From: Actinomycetota bacterium
GTDB taxonomy: Bacteria; Actinomycetota; Acidimicrobiia; Spongiisociales; ZC4RG35
DNA length: 64,000 nucleotides
Reading direction: 5' to 3'
NCBI GenBank assembly: GCA_046537785.1
Contig: JBKHKD010000002.1
Coordinates: 71,082 to 135,081, forward strand
The notes below the pieces were generated by a model, which was given only the letters and a program-made list of their open reading frames with translations, searched no databases and was not told the origin of the DNA. Shown one piece after another: positions 1 through 9,256 of this stretch (the stretch's first letter is position 1; every line of letters starts with the position of its first letter). The position numbers and the translations under genes were made by a program.

Positions 1-1702
1 GAAACCACTTTTCCCAGTAGGCGTGGTCGGGCAGGTCGGCGTTGGTCAACCCCCGGGCCGCCCCGGTGGCATTGCCTCCGGGTACCCATTCGTCGTTTCT
101 CCATCCGAGGGTGGAGAACGGGACGATCCCGGCGTCGAGCCAGACGTCCCCCACCTCTTCGATGCGGGTGAGCTCGGTGTTGCCGCAGTGGTCGCAGCGG
201 ATGGTGACCCGGTCGATCCAGGGGCGGCGCAGCTCCTCGAGCTGGTCCATACCCGCGGTGGCCTTCGCTGCCAGCTCGCTCTTTGATCCGATGACGGTCA
301 TCTCGCCGCAATCGCAGACGTAGAAGGGCAGGGGGAGGCCGTAGTAGCGCCTTCGGGAGATGTTCCAATCTCCCATGTTGTTGAGCCAGTCGTCCATGAG
401 CTTGCCCATGTAGGGCGGGGTCCAGGCGACCTTCGCGTTGGCGTCCTTCAGGGGTTGTCGGATCTCGTCCACCGAGATGTACCAGTCGTCGGCCACCCTG
501 AAGATGAGAGGGGTGTCACAGCGCCAGCAGTGGGGGTAGGAGTGGGGATATTCGCCCACCTCGACGAGTACGCCCTTTTCTTCGAGGGCGTCGATGATGG
601 GCTGTTTGGCCTCGGTGGTGGTTATCCCGGCGAGCCATCCATATGCGGGGTAGAACTTGCCTTCTCCATCCACCGGGGCGAGGACTGGCAGTCCATGTTC
701 CCGTCCTAGTTCGAAGTCCTCGGCGCCGGCACCAGGAGCGATGTGGACGATCCCCGTGCCCTGCTCCATAGTCACCTCGTCCCAGGGGATGACGAAGTGG
801 TCGACGTCGGCGCCCGCCTCCAGATCCTCGAACGGTGCCCGGTACTTCCAACCCACCAGCTCACTGCCGGGTTTGGTGTCGGTGAACTCCTCTTCGGGGA
901 AGCGCTCCACTGCCACCCAGTCACCGTTCGGACGTTTCCCGTAGGTGTACTCGGGGTGGACCGCGGCGGCGACGTTCGCCGGGATCGTCCAGGGGGTCGT
1001 CGTCCAGATGACCAGCCCTTCCCCGGGGCGGTCGACCAGCGGCAACCGCACCTGGAGGGAGGGGTCGGTCTTCTCTTGATAGACGCCCGACTGCCCGGTG
1101 ATCTCATGCTGGGAGATCGATGTCCCGCATCGGGGGCACCACTCGGTGGCCCGTTCCCCCAGGTAGAGCCAGCCCCGCTCGTGGAGCGTCGCCAGGAATC
1201 GCCAGATGTACTCGATGTTGTTGTCGGCGAAAGTCAGATAGTCGTTGTCCCAGTCCATCCACATGCCGAGACGCTTCGAGCCGCGTCGTAGCTCCTTGAC
1301 TGACCAGGCGACCTTCTCCCGGCATTTGCGGGCGAAATCCTCGAGTCCGTACTCCTCGATCTCCTTCTTCGAGTTGAGGCCGAGATCCTGTTCGACCCCG
1401 ACCTCGATCCACAGCCCCTGACAGTCGAAACCGTTCTGATAGCGCAGGTCCTTGCCCCGGGCCGCCTGATAGCGCTGGATGACGTCTTTGAGGGTGCGTC
1501 CCCAGGCGGTGTGGACACCGAGTGTCTTGTTTGCGGTGACCGGTCCGTCGATGAAGCTGAACGGCTCTGCTCCCTGATTCTTCTCACGGAGCTTTTGGAA
1601 AGTGGCGTTGTCGTCCCACCACTCGAGGATGCGTCGCTCGAGGGCATCGTGGTCCGGCTGGTTCTCCAGTGGTGTGAACACCTGTCTCTCGGTCGGGGCC
1701 AT
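1..1702 (-). CDS. ileS: Isoleucine--tRNA ligase, N-terminal part; the 3' end runs off the window
   Basis: The minus-strand frame reads MAPTERQVF…EWWDDNATFQKLRE…WCPRCGTSISQHEITGQ…CWRCDTPLIF…NISRRRYYGLPLPFYVCDCGEMTVIGS. These are class-I aaRS and IleS zinc-knuckle motifs. ATG is at 1702..1700. The six-frame track does not list it because it has no in-window stop. Confidence 0.85.
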   Translation of the reverse strand, partial: MAPTERQVFTPLENQPDHDALERRILEWWDDNATFQKLREKNQGAEPFSFIDGPVTANKTLGVHTAWGRTLKDVIQRYQAARGKDLRYQNGFDCQGLWIEVGVEQDLGLNSKKEIEEYGLEDFARKCREKVAWSVKELRRGSKRLGMWMDWDNDYLTFADNNIEYIWRFLATLHERGWLYLGERATEWCPRCGTSISQHEITGQSGVYQEKTDPSLQVRLPLVDRPGEGLVIWTTTPWTIPANVAAAVHPEYTYGKRPNGDWVAVERFPEEEFTDTKPGSELVGWKYRAPFEDLEAGADVDHFVIPWDEVTMEQGTGIVHIAPGAGAEDFELGREHGLPVLAPVDGEGKFYPAYGWLAGITTTEAKQPIIDALEEKGVLVEVGEYPHSYPHCWRCDTPLIFRVADDWYISVDEIRQPLKDANAKVAWTPPYMGKLMDDWLNNMGDWNISRRRYYGLPLPFYVCDCGEMTVIGSKSELAAKATAGMDQLEELRRPWIDRVTIRCDHCGNTELTRIEEVGDVWLDAGIVPFSTLGWRNDEWVPGGNATGAARGLTNADLPDHAYWEKWF

Positions 1703-1764
1703 AGAAACCGGGAGGGTAACTGCGTGTATCGCCAAGTCCGTCGGATCGGTTAACTTCGCCCGCC

Positions 1765-2049
1765 ATGGCAGATGCTCCTCTCACGGCCACCGAGGACGGT
1801 GTCTCCATAGCGGTGTGGGTCGTTGCGGGATCGTCGCGGGCGTCCATCGACGGTCTCCACGGTGAAAGGGTGAAGATTCGAGTAACCTCCCCTGCTCGAC
1901 AAGGCAGGGCCAACGACGAGGTGGCGGGCATGCTGGCAGACGCACTGGGCGCCAAGGTGGTGCTCGAGGCGGGAATGCGCAGCCGCTCCAAGACGTTTCA
2001 CGTCTTCATCACCGACGTCGATCATGTCCGGGAGAAACTCGGTCTCTAG
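1765..2049 (+). CDS. DUF167/YggU family protein
   Basis: The 94-aa product contains RVKIRVTSPARQGRANDEVAGMLADALGAKVVLEAGMRSRSK, matching the YggU consensus (V.apP.dGkAN…G..sr.K). Confidence 0.7.
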   Translation: MADAPLTATEDGVSIAVWVVAGSSRASIDGLHGERVKIRVTSPARQGRANDEVAGMLADALGAKVVLEAGMRSRSKTFHVFITDVDHVREKLGL

Positions 2050-2094
2050 GACCGCGGTGTTTGGTAGGGTTCCCCGCCTTTTGTGAGGTGAATT

Positions 2095-2469
2095 GTGGCC
2101 AGAAAACTTGCTAAGAGCACCCTCGAGCGTTTCAGGAAGCGTCTCGAGGCCGAAAAGGAGCGGCTCGAAGAGCTGATCGCGGACTACGAGCGTGATCTCG
2201 AAGAGGCGCGGCTGACGGAGAGCTCCTCCGATCGCAGCCCCGATCCGGGGAATGCGGAGGCGAGCTCGATGAAGCTCGAATACGCCAAGGAGCTGTCGAT
2301 CGAGCAGAACACTCTCGACCTCCTCCGAAAGGCGGAACGCGCCCTCGAGCAGATCGATGCCGGCACGTACGGCACCTGTGAGTCCTGTGGGAAGGCCATC
2401 CCGGTGGAGCGGCTCGAAGTGCTCCCGTACTCGACGCTCTGTGTCGAGTGCGCCGGCCGCGCCACTTGA
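2095..2469 (+). CDS. DksA/TraR-family C4 zinc-finger protein
   Basis: Coiled-coil N-terminus followed by CESCGKAIPVERLEVLPYSTLCVEC, the four-Cys finger typical of DksA/TraR. Confidence 0.75.
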   Translation: MARKLAKSTLERFRKRLEAEKERLEELIADYERDLEEARLTESSSDRSPDPGNAEASSMKLEYAKELSIEQNTLDLLRKAERALEQIDAGTYGTCESCGKAIPVERLEVLPYSTLCVECAGRAT

Positions 2470-2921
2470 TCCGTCGTTATTCTGTCGGACTCGGCATTGC
2501 GGCCGTCCTGGTCGTCGTCGACCTCCTCACCAAGCGCTATGCGGCGCTGAACTTCGAAGGGGATCCCGTCGAGATCATCCCGGGATTCTTCGGTTTCACC
2601 TATCTGGAGAACCCCGGGGGAGCCTTCGGGATGTTCCAGAACGGGGGAGTGGTCATCGGTGTCGCCGCTCTCATCATCACGGTCGTGGTTCTCGTGGCCC
2701 TGGGGATGGAACGGCCGTTGCTCGAGACGGTGGCACTCGGCTTCGTCGTCGGAGGAGCGGTCGGCAATCTCGTCGACCGCTTTGCCCGCGGTCAGGGAAT
2801 CATCGACGGCAGGGTCATCGACTGGATCGAGCTCTGGATCATCCCCACCTTCAACATCGCCGACGCCTCGGTCACCGTGGCGGTCGCCCTGATCCTCGTC
2901 CAGGCATGGCGGACCAGGTAG
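2448..2921 (+). CDS. lspA: Lipoprotein signal peptidase (signal peptidase II)
   Basis: Motifs NPGGAFG, GGAVGNLVDR and PTFNIADASV; four TM segments; 157 aa. The true start may lie slightly downstream, since the ORF overlaps the dksA-like stop. Confidence 0.85.
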   Translation: MRRPRHLIRRYSVGLGIAAVLVVVDLLTKRYAALNFEGDPVEIIPGFFGFTYLENPGGAFGMFQNGGVVIGVAALIITVVVLVALGMERPLLETVALGFVVGGAVGNLVDRFARGQGIIDGRVIDWIELWIIPTFNIADASVTVAVALILVQAWRTR

Positions 2922-3811
2922 AGCTCCAGGTACCCGACGCGCTCGACGGCTCCCGGGTCGACAAGGCGATCGCCGAGTTGTTCGACGTGAGCCGGGCCGT
3001 GGCGTCGGGGGTGGTCGAAGAAGGGGTGCTGGTGGACGGATCGGAGGCAGCTGCTTCGGACAGGGTCCGGGCCGGGCAGGTGATCGTGTGTCGCAGGCCC
3101 AAGGACACCATGCGGCTGGCACCCGAGGCCGTCGACTTCGAGATCGTCTATGAGGACCAATCCGTGATCGTCGTGGACAAGCCTGCCGGTGTTGTCGTCC
3201 ATCCGGGGAGTGGACGCACCTCGGGCACTTTGGCCGCCGGGCTCCTCGACAGGTACCCGGAGCTGGAGGGAGTCGGTGCCGCCGACCGGTGGGGGCTCGT
3301 CCACCGTCTGGACAAGGACACTTCCGGAGTCATCGTCGTGGCACGGACGTCAGTAGCTTTCGACCAGCTCACCGCCGAGCTGCGACGCCGTGAGATCGAA
3401 CGGGTCTACGTGGCTTTGGTGGAGGGTCGGATGAGCGCTCCGACCGGGACGGTCGACGCACCCATCGGCAGGGATCCGTCACGGCCCACCCGGCGCGCCG
3501 TGGTTCCGGGTGGCAAGCACGCCCGCACCCACTACGAGGTGGTCCGTTATTACCAAGAGAGTGACGTTTCTTTGCTCGAGGTTCGACTGGAGACCGGGCG
3601 AACCCACCAGATCAGGGTCCATCTGGCGGCGATCGACCACCCCGTGGCCGGAGACGCCACTTACGGCGCCACGAGACGGGACCTGACTGTCCCCCGCACC
3701 TTTCTCCACGCTGCCAAGGTCGCATTCACCCACCCGACCACGGGCAAACGCCTGGAAGTAGAGGCCCCGCTCCCAGCAGACCTGGCTACGGTTCTGGACC
3801 GGCTGTCCTAA
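2906..3811 (+). CDS. rluD: RluA-family 23S rRNA pseudouridine synthase (RluD-like)
   Basis: S4-like N-terminus, HRLDKDTSGVIVVA catalytic Asp motif and HQIRVHL. The ATG at 2906 overlaps the lspA end. The longer ORF 2357..3811 is an upstream extension overlapping other genes. Confidence 0.85.
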   Translation: MADQVELQVPDALDGSRVDKAIAELFDVSRAVASGVVEEGVLVDGSEAAASDRVRAGQVIVCRRPKDTMRLAPEAVDFEIVYEDQSVIVVDKPAGVVVHPGSGRTSGTLAAGLLDRYPELEGVGAADRWGLVHRLDKDTSGVIVVARTSVAFDQLTAELRRREIERVYVALVEGRMSAPTGTVDAPIGRDPSRPTRRAVVPGGKHARTHYEVVRYYQESDVSLLEVRLETGRTHQIRVHLAAIDHPVAGDATYGATRRDLTVPRTFLHAAKVAFTHPTTGKRLEVEAPLPADLATVLDRLS

Positions 3812-3838
3812 TACCCGATACTCAATACTCTCTACTTC

Positions 3839-4669
3839 GTGACCCAGGAAGACACCACGGCGGCGCCGACCTGTTACCGGCACCCCGACCGTCACACACT
3901 TCTGCGTTGCAGCCGCTGCGATCGACCGATTTGCGCGGCATGCTCGATCGATGCCTCGGTCGGCCAGCGCTGCCCCGAGTGTGTCCGTTCCGAGGGCAGG
4001 CAGAAGGAGATCAGGACCGGCGCCCGCGCCATGTCCCGGGCGGGAGGCGCACCGGCGACGAAGGCCTTCATCGGGATCGCCGTTCTCTTCTGGCTGGGCA
4101 CCAACTTCGGCGGGATGCGTCAGCCGCTGTACGAGCTATTTGCCCAAGCCAACTTCCTGGTCGCCGAGGGAGAGTGGTGGCGCATCTTCACACCCGTTCT
4201 TCTCCACGCCCCCGGTTTTGCCCACATCCTGTTCAACATGTGGGCTCTTTGGGTGCTTGGCCCCCAGATCGAGAGGGGTGTGGGGACCGGACCGTTCGTG
4301 GGTCTCTTCCTGGCTTCGGCCGGGATGGGTGGAGCCTTCATGTACGTCCTGGGCGGCTTGGACGCTCCTATCGCGGTGGGGGCTTCGGGTGCGATCTTCG
4401 GTCTGTTCGGGATCTGGTTCAACTGGGCGGTCCGTCGCCGCAACACGGCGCATGGCCGGATGCTGCTGCGTCAGATCGGGTTCCTGTTGCTCCTGAACGG
4501 TGCCCTCCCGCTCCTCATCCCGAGCATCGCCTGGGAGGCCCACCTCGGCGGTCTCATCGCCGGTTTCGCTATTGGGGAACTCTGGTCGAGGGCCCGGAAC
4601 GAGACGGGACGTTTGGCGGTCACAGTGGCCGTCGCGGGTCTGGCCATCGTCGCGGTATTGGTCTTGTAG
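3839..4669 (+). CDS. Rhomboid-family intramembrane serine protease with N-terminal Cys-rich zinc ribbon
   Basis: N-terminal CYRHP…CSRCDRPICAACS…CPEC, then GASGAIFG (GxSG serine) and AHLGG (catalytic His) across multiple TMs. Confidence 0.8.
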   Translation: MTQEDTTAAPTCYRHPDRHTLLRCSRCDRPICAACSIDASVGQRCPECVRSEGRQKEIRTGARAMSRAGGAPATKAFIGIAVLFWLGTNFGGMRQPLYELFAQANFLVAEGEWWRIFTPVLLHAPGFAHILFNMWALWVLGPQIERGVGTGPFVGLFLASAGMGGAFMYVLGGLDAPIAVGASGAIFGLFGIWFNWAVRRRNTAHGRMLLRQIGFLLLLNGALPLLIPSIAWEAHLGGLIAGFAIGELWSRARNETGRLAVTVAVAGLAIVAVLVL

Positions 4670-4758
4670 GAGGACTTTTCGCGGAGTGGCTGACGCGAGA
4701 GCGGAAGCCATCTATGGTCACTACAGTGCCGGAAACTACACCGTTGTAACTAGGCGAA

Positions 4759-7700
4759 GTGTCCTTCTCTCATCTCCATCTCCACACCGAATACTCCCTC
4801 CTCGACGGTGCGGCGCGGATAGCCGACGTGGTGGGGGCGGCGGCTCGAATGGGCCAGCCCGCAATCGGGATCACCGACCACGGAAATCTCTACGGGGTGG
4901 TCGACTTCGTCAAGGCCGCTCGCCAGCATGACATCAAGCCGGTTATCGGCATCGAGGCCTACTTCACCGACGGTTCCCGGTTCGACCGACCCCCGGCCGA
5001 CCAGAACAAGCGGTATCACATGCTGTTGTTCGCCGAGAACGAGGTCGGGTACCGCAACCTCCTCCAGCTCTCCTCGAAGTCCTTTCTCGAGGGCTACTAC
5101 TACAAGCCCCGGATGGACTACGAGGTGTTGGCGGAGCACTCGGAGGGGATCATCGCCACGTCGGGTTGTCTCGGCGGGATCGTCCCCCAGCTTCTCGGAC
5201 CGGACGCGATGTCGGAGGAGGGCAACAAGGGCACCACCCGTGACTTCGACGCCGCGGTCGCCGCCGCGGCCAGGTTCCAGGACATCTTCGGCCGGGACAA
5301 TTTCTTCATCGAGCTCCAGGACCACGGTCTCGAGGCTCAGGACCGCATCATGGGGGATCTCCTGGATGTGGCGAGACGCATCGACGCTCCGCTGCTGGCC
5401 ACCAACGACGCCCACTACACCCGCAAGGAGGAGCATGACGCCCACGATGCTCTCCTCTGCATCCAGACCGGGTCGCTGCGCAACGAGACGGGTCGGCTCC
5501 GTTTCGAGGGCTCGGAGCACTATCTGAAGACCGCCGAGCAGATGCGCAGTCTCTTCCCCGAGGAGAGCTTCCCCGGGGCATGCGACAACACCCTTTGGAT
5601 CGCCGAGCGGGCCAGTGTCGACCTCGAGTTCGGGAACATCCTCCTGCCCAGCTTTCCCGTTCCCGAGGGCGAGACGGAGGTCACCTACCTGCGGAGACTC
5701 GTCGAGGAGGGCACCCGTGAGCGCTACGGGAGCGAGCCGGGCGCCGACGTCTGGGAGCGGGTCGAGCACGAGCTGAAGATCATCGAGGAGATGGGCTTCC
5801 CCGCCTACTTCCTCATCGTCTGGGACCTCATCCGACATGCCCGGGAGAACGGGATCCGGGTCGGGCCGGGTCGGGGCTCCGCCGCCGGTTCCATCGTCTC
5901 CTACGCGTTGCGGATCACCGACATCGACCCGCTCCGATATGGGCTCATCTTCGAGCGCTTCCTCAATCCCGCGCGCATGTCGATGCCCGACATCGACATG
6001 GACTTCGACGAGCGTTACCGCGGCGAGATGATCCGCTACGCCGCCGAGAAGTACGGCCACGACCGGGTGGCCCAGATCATCACCTTCTCTACGATCAAGG
6101 GGAAACAGGCCATCCGTGACTCGGCCCGGGTCCTCGGCCACCCCTACTCGCTGGGCGATCGCGTCGCCAAGGCAATGCCGCCGTCCATTCTCGGGAAGGA
6201 CCCGACCCTCGACCAGGTGCTCGAGGCACCCGACCCGAACTCACCCTCCGACGTCAAGGACTGGTACGCCAACGCCCACGGGCTCCGGGAGATGTACCAG
6301 TCGGATCCGGGGGTTAGAGAGGTGGTCGACGTCGCCCGCGGGTTGGAGGGGCTGCGCCGCCAGGACTCGATCCACGCTGCCGCGGTCGTCATCGCCCCGG
6401 AGCCGTTGACCAACATCGTCCCCGTCCAGCGCAAGGGGGAGGACGCCGAGGTCGTCACCCAGTTCGAGATGCACGGTGTCGAGGATCTGGGGCTGCTCAA
6501 GATGGACTTCCTGGGCCTGCGCAACCTCTCGATCATCGAACGCTGCCTCGAGTTGTTGGAGGAGAGCACCGGCGAGCGCATCGACATCGACAACATCCCC
6601 CTCGACGACCAGAAGACCTTCGAGCTCCTCCAGAGTGGCAACACCATCGGGGTGTTCCAGATGGAGGGGACAGCCATGCGGGCCCTGATCCGTTCACTGG
6701 CACCGGATACCTTCGACGACGTCATCGCCCTGGTGGCTCTCTATCGGCCCGGTCCGATGGGGGCCGACATGCACAACCTCTACGCCGATCGCAAGAACAA
6801 CAGGGCGCCGGTCGAGGAGCTGCACCCGGCCGTCACCGAGAGCCTGAGCGACACCTATCAGATCATGGTGTACCAGGAACAGGTGATGATGGTGGCCCAG
6901 GACCTGGCCGGTTACTCAATGGCCGACGCCGACAACCTGCGCCGGGCCATGGGCAAGAAGATCAAGTCGGTGATGGACGAGGAGGAGGAGAAGTTCGTCG
7001 CAGGGTGTCTTGCCCAGGGCCACACCGAAGAGACCGCCCGGGAGATGTTCCGGCTCATTGGCCACTTTGCCGGTTACGGATTCAACCGCAGCCATGCCGC
7101 CGGTTACGGCCTGGTTGCCTACCAGACGGCATATCTCAAGGCCCACTATCCGGCCGAGTATCTGGCGTCGCTGCTCACCGCCACGAAACGGGACAAGGAC
7201 CGCACCGCCATCTATCTCAACGAGTGCCGGCAGATGGGCATCGAGGTGCTCGTCCCCGACGTCAACGAGTCGGAGTCCGATTTCACAGTGAGAGACCGCC
7301 GCATCAGGTTCGGCCTGTCGGCAGTGCGCAACGTCGGCGAGGGCGTGGTGGAGAAGATCGCCGAGGCCAGGGAGGATGGACCCTTCGAGTCGTTTCTCGA
7401 CTTCGTCGACCGTGTCGACATCTCGGCTCTCAACCGCCGGACCGTGGAGTCGTTGATCAAGGCGGGTGCGTTCGACGCAATGGGACATTCCCGCAAGGGC
7501 CTGACCCTCATGCACGAGATGATCCTCGACACGACGCTCGAGCGTCGCCGCAACGAAGAGATGGGTCAGTACTCGCTGTTCGCCGGGGAGGAGGCCGGTG
7601 GCGAGGAGAAGGACTTCGAGATCCCTACAGAGGAGTGGGCGCAGAAGACGAAGCTGGCCTTCGAGAAGGAGATGCTCGGGCTATATGTCTCCGACCATCC

Positions 7701-8259
7701 GCTGCTCTCTGTGGGTGCATCACTGGCGTCCGCTACGACATCTACCATCTCCGAACTCGCCGAGCTCAACGACAGGACGTCGGTGGCCGTCGGCGGGATC
7801 GTGGGGACCATCACCAGACGGTGGACGAAGAACGGCGACCCGATGCTGTTCTTCCAGCTCGAGGATCTCGAGGGCTCGATCGAGGTGATCGTCTTCCCCA
7901 AGACGGTCCACGACTTCGGGCATCTGGTGGTGGAAGACGCCGTCGTGGTGGTCTCGGGCCACCTCGACCATCGTGGCGACGACGTGAAGGTGGTCGCCCG
8001 GGAGATCAAGGAGCTGGTAATCCGGGACGACTCGATGGTTCGTCTGGCGGTCCCCGCCCAGCGTCTCACCCCCGAGGTGGTATCCAGCCTCAAGGCGATC
8101 CTGCGGAACCATCCCGGGCCGGCGTCGGTCTTCCTCAACCTCTCCGACAGCGGCGATACCAAGACCCTCAAGCTGGGCGACGACCACAAGGTGGAGCCAC
8201 GCTCGGCCCTCTTCGCCGAGCTCAAGGAGCTGTTGGGCCCCCGCGCCATCCTCAACTAG
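4759..8259 (+). CDS. dnaE: DNA polymerase III alpha subunit
   Basis: 1166 aa. N-terminal PHP domain HLHLHTEYSLLDG, then polymerase core and OB-fold. GTG start. Confidence 0.95.
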   Translation: MSFSHLHLHTEYSLLDGAARIADVVGAAARMGQPAIGITDHGNLYGVVDFVKAARQHDIKPVIGIEAYFTDGSRFDRPPADQNKRYHMLLFAENEVGYRNLLQLSSKSFLEGYYYKPRMDYEVLAEHSEGIIATSGCLGGIVPQLLGPDAMSEEGNKGTTRDFDAAVAAAARFQDIFGRDNFFIELQDHGLEAQDRIMGDLLDVARRIDAPLLATNDAHYTRKEEHDAHDALLCIQTGSLRNETGRLRFEGSEHYLKTAEQMRSLFPEESFPGACDNTLWIAERASVDLEFGNILLPSFPVPEGETEVTYLRRLVEEGTRERYGSEPGADVWERVEHELKIIEEMGFPAYFLIVWDLIRHARENGIRVGPGRGSAAGSIVSYALRITDIDPLRYGLIFERFLNPARMSMPDIDMDFDERYRGEMIRYAAEKYGHDRVAQIITFSTIKGKQAIRDSARVLGHPYSLGDRVAKAMPPSILGKDPTLDQVLEAPDPNSPSDVKDWYANAHGLREMYQSDPGVREVVDVARGLEGLRRQDSIHAAAVVIAPEPLTNIVPVQRKGEDAEVVTQFEMHGVEDLGLLKMDFLGLRNLSIIERCLELLEESTGERIDIDNIPLDDQKTFELLQSGNTIGVFQMEGTAMRALIRSLAPDTFDDVIALVALYRPGPMGADMHNLYADRKNNRAPVEELHPAVTESLSDTYQIMVYQEQVMMVAQDLAGYSMADADNLRRAMGKKIKSVMDEEEEKFVAGCLAQGHTEETAREMFRLIGHFAGYGFNRSHAAGYGLVAYQTAYLKAHYPAEYLASLLTATKRDKDRTAIYLNECRQMGIEVLVPDVNESESDFTVRDRRIRFGLSAVRNVGEGVVEKIAEAREDGPFESFLDFVDRVDISALNRRTVESLIKAGAFDAMGHSRKGLTLMHEMILDTTLERRRNEEMGQYSLFAGEEAGGEEKDFEIPTEEWAQKTKLAFEKEMLGLYVSDHPLLSVGASLASATTSTISELAELNDRTSVAVGGIVGTITRRWTKNGDPMLFFQLEDLEGSIEVIVFPKTVHDFGHLVVEDAVVVVSGHLDHRGDDVKVVAREIKELVIRDDSMVRLAVPAQRLTPEVVSSLKAILRNHPGPASVFLNLSDSGDTKTLKLGDDHKVEPRSALFAELKELLGPRAILN

Positions 8260-8307
8260 ACGGCCGTCTGTAACGCGCTGGCCTAGTGCTCGTCTGGGCT
8301 GCATTCC

Positions 8308-8416
8308 GTCGCGTTTTCCGCCACGCTGTGCAGCGCGGTCGAGGTGCTCGCGGCGGCGTGGTCCTCTGCGCTGCGTTAGGTCGCGTTTTCCGCCACGCGG
8401 TGCAGCGCGGTCGAGG
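8308..8416. repeat. Two 37-bp direct repeats (one mismatch) separated by a 35-bp spacer in the convergent dnaE/HAD intergenic region
   Basis: Unit 1 at 8308..8344 is gtcgcgttttccgccacgctgtgcagcgcggtcgagg. Unit 2 at 8380..8416 is gtcgcgttttccgccacgcggtgcagcgcggtcgagg. Period is 72 bp. Confidence 0.6.
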
Positions 8417-8425
8417 ATCAGCGGC

Positions 8426-9229
8426 TCAGCGGCGCAGGCTTGACCGGGTCAGCTTCGCCAGGGCCGAGGTGTTGCCGTGCTTCCGCCCCAGGGCGTAGGC
8501 GCCGGCGGCGGCACCGACCGAGGCGGCTACAACGCTGCTGAGGGCCACCGCACGCCTCGTCCTCCTGGCGAAGATGACGATCGGCCAGCCCCGTTCATGG
8601 GCAATGCGATCGAGCTCCGAGTCCGGGTTGACGGCGACCGGGTGACCGACCAGTTCCATCATCGGGAGGTCGGAGATCGAATCGGAGTAGGCGTAACAGA
8701 GGTCCAGGTCGTAGCCCCGGTCCGACGCCAGCTTCCCGATGGCCTGGGCCTTGCCCTGCCCGTAGATGAACGGCCCCTCCAGACGTCCGGTGAGATATCC
8801 GTCGACGACCTCGCCCCTGGTGCCGATCGCCCCGGTCATCCCGAGGGATGCCGCCAGGGGCTCGACGATGTCGTGGGGGCTGGCGGAGACGATCCAGGTG
8901 TCCCGATCCGATTCGTGGTGCATGGTGATCAGCTTGCGTGACTCGGGCCGAACCCGGGAGACGAGCTTGGGCAGCACCGCCTGGCCGATTATCTCCAGAT
9001 CGGAGACCGGGACTCCCTCGATTCGGGAAAGGAACTCGGTCCTGATGTCGGTGGTCGATCCGTCCCCCTTGTCCCCGGCCAGGAGATAGGTGAGGGCGGC
9101 GACGGTCCATTTGGCGATGTCCTTTGAGTCGGCCAGACCCTGTCGCCACGCCTCGACGCCGAAGGGGAAAGCCGAGGCACCGGATATCAGGGTCCGGTCC
9201 AGGTCGAAGAATGCGGCTGCGTTTGCCAT
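8426..9229 (-). CDS. HAD-superfamily subfamily IB hydrolase (SerB-like phosphatase fold)
   Basis: N-terminal FFDLDRTL (DxDxT motif I) and the later HAD motifs; 267 aa. Confidence 0.75.
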   Translation of the reverse strand: MANAAAFFDLDRTLISGASAFPFGVEAWRQGLADSKDIAKWTVAALTYLLAGDKGDGSTTDIRTEFLSRIEGVPVSDLEIIGQAVLPKLVSRVRPESRKLITMHHESDRDTWIVSASPHDIVEPLAASLGMTGAIGTRGEVVDGYLTGRLEGPFIYGQGKAQAIGKLASDRGYDLDLCYAYSDSISDLPMMELVGHPVAVNPDSELDRIAHERGWPIVIFARRTRRAVALSSVVAASVGAAAGAYALGRKHGNTSALAKLTRSSLRR

Positions 9230-9256
9230 GGCTATCAGCCTATTTCGTGTCTGTGC

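Noticed and set aside
1703-1764. Expected T-box leader upstream of ileS
   Set aside because: There are only about 60 bp between ileS and the divergent, well-supported YggU-like gene. That is too short for a T-box riboswitch.
2357-2905. N-terminal 180-aa extension of the track ORF 2357..3811
   Set aside because: It overlaps the dksA-like and lspA genes in another frame. The pseudouridine synthase homology begins at the ATG at 2906.
4750-6141. Long minus-strand ORFs (463 aa and several others) antisense to dnaE
   Set aside because: Low-complexity R/P/G-rich translations of the kind that arise in antisense frames of high-GC genes. dnaE on the + strand explains the region.
8308-8416. Interpretation of the two 37-bp repeats as a CRISPR array
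   Set aside because: There are only two units, no cas genes or leader, and the spacer resembles the flanking sequence. I annotated it as a generic repeat.
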